In this document: positions 59,941 to 64,000 of the stretch, piece after piece
Numbering within the stretch: the stretch's first letter is position 1
How the letters are laid out: the number at the start of each line of letters is the position of its first letter
Assembly (NCBI GenBank): GCA_037142195.1
Contig: JBAXBA010000003.1
Coordinates: 1 to 64,000 of the forward strand
DNA: 64,000 bases
Origin: Pseudomonadota bacterium
GTDB lineage: Bacteria; Bdellovibrionota_B; Oligoflexia; Oligoflexales; CAIMVM01
Direction: 5' to 3'
The notes under the pieces: model-generated
What the model saw: only the letters and a program-made list of their open reading frames with translations
The model's database searches: none
Told to the model about the DNA's origin: nothing
Translations under genes and position numbers: made by a program

Positions 59941-60294
59941 TTAATCGGGGATTTCTAAAGCACGCTTAAGCGCCAATACAGAGCAGGGTTTTTCAATATA
60001 ACTGACAGCCCCCAAACGCATGGCTTCCGACTTCTGACCGGGATAGCCAGTAAGTACAACTATATTTCTAGCTCCCGCTTTTATGAGTCCGTCGACAGCT
60101 TCACATTCACGGGCATCGGGAAGAATCAGATCCAATATTATTTTATAAGGGTCATGTAGATGAACCATCGTAATCGCTTCACTGAGAGTGCCCGCATGCA
60201 GAATTTCATCCTCGCCGTCATCAAGTAACGCCGTCAACCATTCTCGAATTTCCGGCTCATCATCGACTATTAAAATGGAATCCTTTGAGGGCAT
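59941..60294 (-). CDS. Single-domain response regulator
   Basis: IVDDE, LDLILPD, LTG, EKP. Confidence 0.9.
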   Translation of the reverse strand: MPSKDSILIVDDEPEIREWLTALLDDGEDEILHAGTLSEAITMVHLHDPYKIILDLILPDARECEAVDGLIKAGARNIVVLTGYPGQKSEAMRLGAVSYIEKPCSVLALKRALEIPD

Positions 60295-60301
60295 TTAACT
60301 A

Positions 60302-60523
60302 CTACTCCGCATTAAAATCTTGCTCTAATTCTAGCCTGTTAATTAGAATTGTAAACAAAATTAAACCCGCCAACATCGGTGAACCTACCCATAAAGCCTT
60401 TTGCCTTTTCGGGAGCTTTGGAGGCCTAAAAATACTCTGCCAAAATGACATATTTCTAAAATCTCTATTTTCACCCCTTGACATTTGATTTTCGGCCCTC
60501 ATGTTTATCGTCTCACTTTCCAC
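60302..60523 (-). CDS. Possible small single-TM protein
   Basis: One hydrophobic segment; stop 7 bp before the regulator start; start uncertain. Confidence 0.4.
   Translation of the reverse strand: MESETINMRAENQMSRGENRDFRNMSFWQSIFRPPKLPKRQKALWVGSPMLAGLILFTILINRLELEQDFNAE
60471..60507 (+). promoter_or_regulatory. Sigma32 (RpoH)-like heat-shock promoter
   Basis: TCACCCCTTGAC-N14-CCTCATGT versus consensus CCCTTGAA-N13/14-CCCCATNT, upstream of htpG. Confidence 0.6.
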
Positions 60524-60544
60524 CTTCCCTTTGAAAGGAACCCT

Positions 60545-62449
60545 ATGGAAACATTACAATTTCAGGCCGAAGTAAAGCAAATTTTAGACCTTATGATTCA
60601 CTCCCTATACAGCCAAAAAGAGATCTTTTTGCGCGAGCTTATCTCTAACGGGGCCGACGCCCTGGAAAAAAGGCGTGTAGGCGCTCTAGAGAACTCGGAG
60701 TTAGGTTTTGAAGGCGAGGGCATGATTCGGATTTCCGCCGACAAAGCTAGCAAAACCATTTCTATTTCCGACAATGGCATTGGGATGACCAAAGCAGAAG
60801 TTATTAAAAATATTGGTACTATTGCACATTCTGGCACGAAGGCATTTTTAGAAAACGCTCAGAAAATGAAAGAAAACCCAGAACTTATCGGCCAATTTGG
60901 CGTAGGTTTTTACTCTGCCTTTATCGTCGCAGACAAAGTTACGTTGCACACCATGAGAGCTGGGACGTCAGAAGGGACAGTTTGGCAGTCTAGTGGTGAT
61001 GGTACTTATTCTGTGGATACACTCCCTAGAACCGAGGGTGCTGGAACAACCATCACGCTCCATCTTAAAGAATTTAACGACGACGAGACTGCAGAAGATT
61101 TCTCTGATGAATGGGTCATACGTCGGATTGTTCGCAAATATTCAGACTTTCTAGAATGGCCCATCATGATGAAAGTTGAGCGAAAGGACCCTGTTCTCGA
61201 TGCTGAGGGCAAAGCCATCGAAGGGGAATATAAGACAACTGAAACTGATGAAACTTTGAATTCCCGAAAAGCTCTTTGGCGCAAAACTCCTTCAGAAGTG
61301 AAACCAGAAGAGTATGCTGAATTCTACAAGCAAGTGGGACGAGACTGGACCGATCCGCTTGACACGATTCACTATAAGGCAGAAGGCACCAATCAGTTTT
61401 CTAGCTTGCTCTTTATCCCCAGCAACGTGCCATTTGACTACAATCAAAGAGACGCGCGCATGGGTCCTTCTCTCTATGTAAAAAAAGTATTTATCAGCGA
61501 CAATTGTCAAGATCTTGCGCCGCTTTGGCTCAGATTCATTAAAGGTGTGATTGATAGTGACGACTTACCCCTAAACGTTTCCCGTGAAATCCTACAAAAA
61601 GATAGACGCCTCGCTGCCATCAACAAAGCAGTGACCGGCAAATTGATCCGCCATTTTGAAAATCTCTTAAAGAATGACCGCGAGAAGTGGACTAAGATTT
61701 GGAATCTTTTCGGGTCCACAATCAAAGAAGGAATTGCCACTGATGGTTCCCACCGGGAAAGCATCGAGAAAATCTCCCTATTCCAATCAAGTGCGCAAGA
61801 CGAGCTCACAACCCTTGACGAATATGTTTCACGCATGAAAGACGGCCAAAAAGCCATCTACTTTATCACAGGCGACAGTATTGAGGCTTTAAAGGACAGC
61901 CCCTATATGGAAAGCCTTGTGAAAAAATCTTATGAAGTTCTCTTCTTAACCGATGCTGTTGACGAATGGGTTACTCAACATCTTACAACCTTCGCTGAGA
62001 AGCCTGTGGTATCTATCACCAAAGAGAATCTTGAGCTGAAGTCTGAAGATGAGAAGAAAGAAGCCGAAAAAATCCTTAAAACAAAAGAGGCCGATTTAAA
62101 GGAAATTACGTCATCTATTCAAGAGTCACTGCAAGAGTACGTGAAGGAAGTTCGACTTTCAGACCGCCTCGTAGACAGCCCCGTCTGTTTGGTCTCTGGA
62201 TCTTGGGATTCTTCTGCAAGAATGGAAAGAATCATGGAGTCCATGGGACAAAAAGCACCTAAATCAAAAAGAATTCTAGAAATCAACCCCACTCACCCAA
62301 TTTTTGAACGCATGAAATCCATCTCTGCTGAACAAAAGAAAGAGTGGGCAGACATTCTCTACAATCAAGCGCTTTTATCCGAGGGTTCTCCCTTAAAAGA
62401 CCCTATGAAGTTTGCTCGCCAGGTAGCAAATCTCATGACACAGAACTAG
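60545..62449 (+). CDS. htpG: Molecular chaperone HtpG (Hsp90)
   Basis: FQAEVKQ, EIFLRELISN, DNGIGM, IGQFGVGFYSAF, LPLNVSRE. Confidence 0.98.
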   Translation: METLQFQAEVKQILDLMIHSLYSQKEIFLRELISNGADALEKRRVGALENSELGFEGEGMIRISADKASKTISISDNGIGMTKAEVIKNIGTIAHSGTKAFLENAQKMKENPELIGQFGVGFYSAFIVADKVTLHTMRAGTSEGTVWQSSGDGTYSVDTLPRTEGAGTTITLHLKEFNDDETAEDFSDEWVIRRIVRKYSDFLEWPIMMKVERKDPVLDAEGKAIEGEYKTTETDETLNSRKALWRKTPSEVKPEEYAEFYKQVGRDWTDPLDTIHYKAEGTNQFSSLLFIPSNVPFDYNQRDARMGPSLYVKKVFISDNCQDLAPLWLRFIKGVIDSDDLPLNVSREILQKDRRLAAINKAVTGKLIRHFENLLKNDREKWTKIWNLFGSTIKEGIATDGSHRESIEKISLFQSSAQDELTTLDEYVSRMKDGQKAIYFITGDSIEALKDSPYMESLVKKSYEVLFLTDAVDEWVTQHLTTFAEKPVVSITKENLELKSEDEKKEAEKILKTKEADLKEITSSIQESLQEYVKEVRLSDRLVDSPVCLVSGSWDSSARMERIMESMGQKAPKSKRILEINPTHPIFERMKSISAEQKKEWADILYNQALLSEGSPLKDPMKFARQVANLMTQN

Positions 62450-62456
62450 ATCCTTT

Positions 62457-62486
62457 TAGGGACCATCACATGGTCCCTATTTTTTT
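62457..62486 (+). terminator. Rho-independent terminator after htpG
   Basis: TAGGGACCAT-CAC-ATGGTCCCTA plus T-run. Confidence 0.75.
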
Positions 62487-62509
62487 ATATAAATAACGGG
62501 AGGGGTGCA

Positions 62510-62851
62510 TTGAACACGGAGAACATGGTAAGCTACCTAGAAGGCCTTTGGGTAAATCCGCTCTATCAACTGACGTTTAAAAATACTCCTGAGGGAATAT
62601 CGGGAGAACTTGTCGGCCCTCCCCCTTTTCGCGAAATCCTTGAAATAGATCCCCAATTCCAAGTTTTAAAAATCCATAAGGCAGACCAGTCTGAGCAGAT
62701 TTTTTATAGATCTAAATTTTTAACGTTCGTGGACCCCGCATCTACACACTGGCACCAGATACGTTTTCTCACTTTAGAAGACCTCAGTATTGTTGCCACA
62801 AATAGCTCAGGCAAAGAGGTCGCCATTCTAGATTTTAAGCGCTCTCTTTGA
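62510..62851 (+). CDS. Hypothetical protein
   Basis: 113-aa ORF preceded by a GGAGG RBS. Confidence 0.55.
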   Translation: MNTENMVSYLEGLWVNPLYQLTFKNTPEGISGELVGPPPFREILEIDPQFQVLKIHKADQSEQIFYRSKFLTFVDPASTHWHQIRFLTLEDLSIVATNSSGKEVAILDFKRSL

Positions 62852-63117
62852 TACGGGGAAGAATGGAATCTGAAACATCGATGGACTTAAGACTTCCCAT
62901 GAGGATTTTCTGTCCCTCCCTCAAACAGTACTGGAGTGGTCATCCTCCCGGCTTAAATCCCTATCTTTAAAGAAGAGGACTTAATTTTTTGAACCAAAAC
63001 GCACCTCTAAAAATTTCTTTCCCTTCCATCCTTCCCTATTCCACATCTTTATTGATATTATAGGAAGACCGGCTCCCCCTAGATTGTATTTAACCTCTTT
63101 TATTTGCGGAGGCATGC

Positions 63118-63966
63118 TTGAAAATTTCCCCCATTACAAAATTCCTTATTATGGGGCTCTTTTGCTGTGTGCTTTCTTTGGGCTGCAAGTCAACTTCCCT
63201 AGGCACCGCGTCAGTAGAGAAGGAAGGCGTTGATTCGACAAACTCAGCGGCTTTTTTTGCCTTTGACGGCACAGCCATTGTTTACGAAAATCATAGTACC
63301 GTCGTCACCATGATGGAAGAAGCTAACGCCCAGGGTTTCTATTACCAAGGCTCCAATGTCGAAGGATCCACTTTATTTGTGGATCTCTATAAAGCACTCG
63401 ATCAGGTGTGTTTACTAGCAAAAAAGGGCAACTTAAAAAAAGTGTATGTTATGGGATACAGTCGAGGAGCGATGTCGGCCATTGCCTTTGTTCACCGCGC
63501 TTCCAAGCAATGCGGCACAAAAATCCCTTTCGCCTGGATTGGCCTTCTCGATCCCGTCAATACCAACGTCACGGGCGAAGAACTTCCCACGTATTTGCCC
63601 CCAGGCATGGAAACTCCCTGTTCGTTAGTCTATAAAGAGAAAACTTGGGAGCATTTCGTTACTACTGTAAAAATAGAGGGCTGCAATTCTGCTATTGTTG
63701 CCGTACCAGGCATTGGTCATATAAAAATGGCTGCAGACGCGCGCTCACGAGAAGCCTTAATGCGAAGCGCCGAATACCTCACCAATGGGGCGATCGGCTA
63801 CGCCTCATATCTTAAAATTGCAGGCCCCGCTGAAAACAGCCTATTCCAACCCAAACCGGCGAAGTCAGAAAAAGACATGTTGTGCAAAACGAAACTCCAG
63901 GATTCTGATGGTTGTCTCCAGTTGGGCTGCCAATACGACATCTTAGGTGGAATTTGCTTTGAATAG
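63118..63966 (+). CDS. Alpha/beta-hydrolase-fold lipoprotein
   Basis: SLGC lipobox; FDGT, GYSRGA nucleophile elbow, LLDPV, GH; Cys-rich tail. Confidence 0.7.
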   Translation: MKISPITKFLIMGLFCCVLSLGCKSTSLGTASVEKEGVDSTNSAAFFAFDGTAIVYENHSTVVTMMEEANAQGFYYQGSNVEGSTLFVDLYKALDQVCLLAKKGNLKKVYVMGYSRGAMSAIAFVHRASKQCGTKIPFAWIGLLDPVNTNVTGEELPTYLPPGMETPCSLVYKEKTWEHFVTTVKIEGCNSAIVAVPGIGHIKMAADARSREALMRSAEYLTNGAIGYASYLKIAGPAENSLFQPKPAKSEKDMLCKTKLQDSDGCLQLGCQYDILGGICFE

Positions 63967-64000
63967 CAAATAGGGCCTTAAGGTATGACAATTTGCTCCT

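Overview
Chromosomal window from a Gram-negative bacterium, AT-leaning by eye. The gene content (many orphan lipoproteins, receiver-TPR and CHASE4 signalling, sigma54/sigma28/sigma32-like promoters, the transposase relic type) suggests Bdellovibrionota/Oligoflexia; this is inference only. It holds a complete gammaproteobacterial-order his operon (hisG-D-[C::B fusion]-H-A-F-IE) with a divergent IMPase-type hisN. Housekeeping genes include adk, grxC, dusB, serS, kup, yebC, hisS and htpG, plus hutU-gcdH. There are many exported enzymes: subtilisin, a galactose-oxidase-type copper radical oxidase coupled to an HMA protein, a VanX-type dipeptidase, a signal-peptide-bearing ferrochelatase homolog, an animal-type protein-arginine deiminase and a multicopper oxidase. 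Two small islets each pair an AAA_14/DUF4143 ATPase, whose promoter is wrapped in an inverted repeat, with a transposase relic. No rRNA, tRNA or CRISPR array was recognised. All family calls come from motif recognition by eye; no searches were run.
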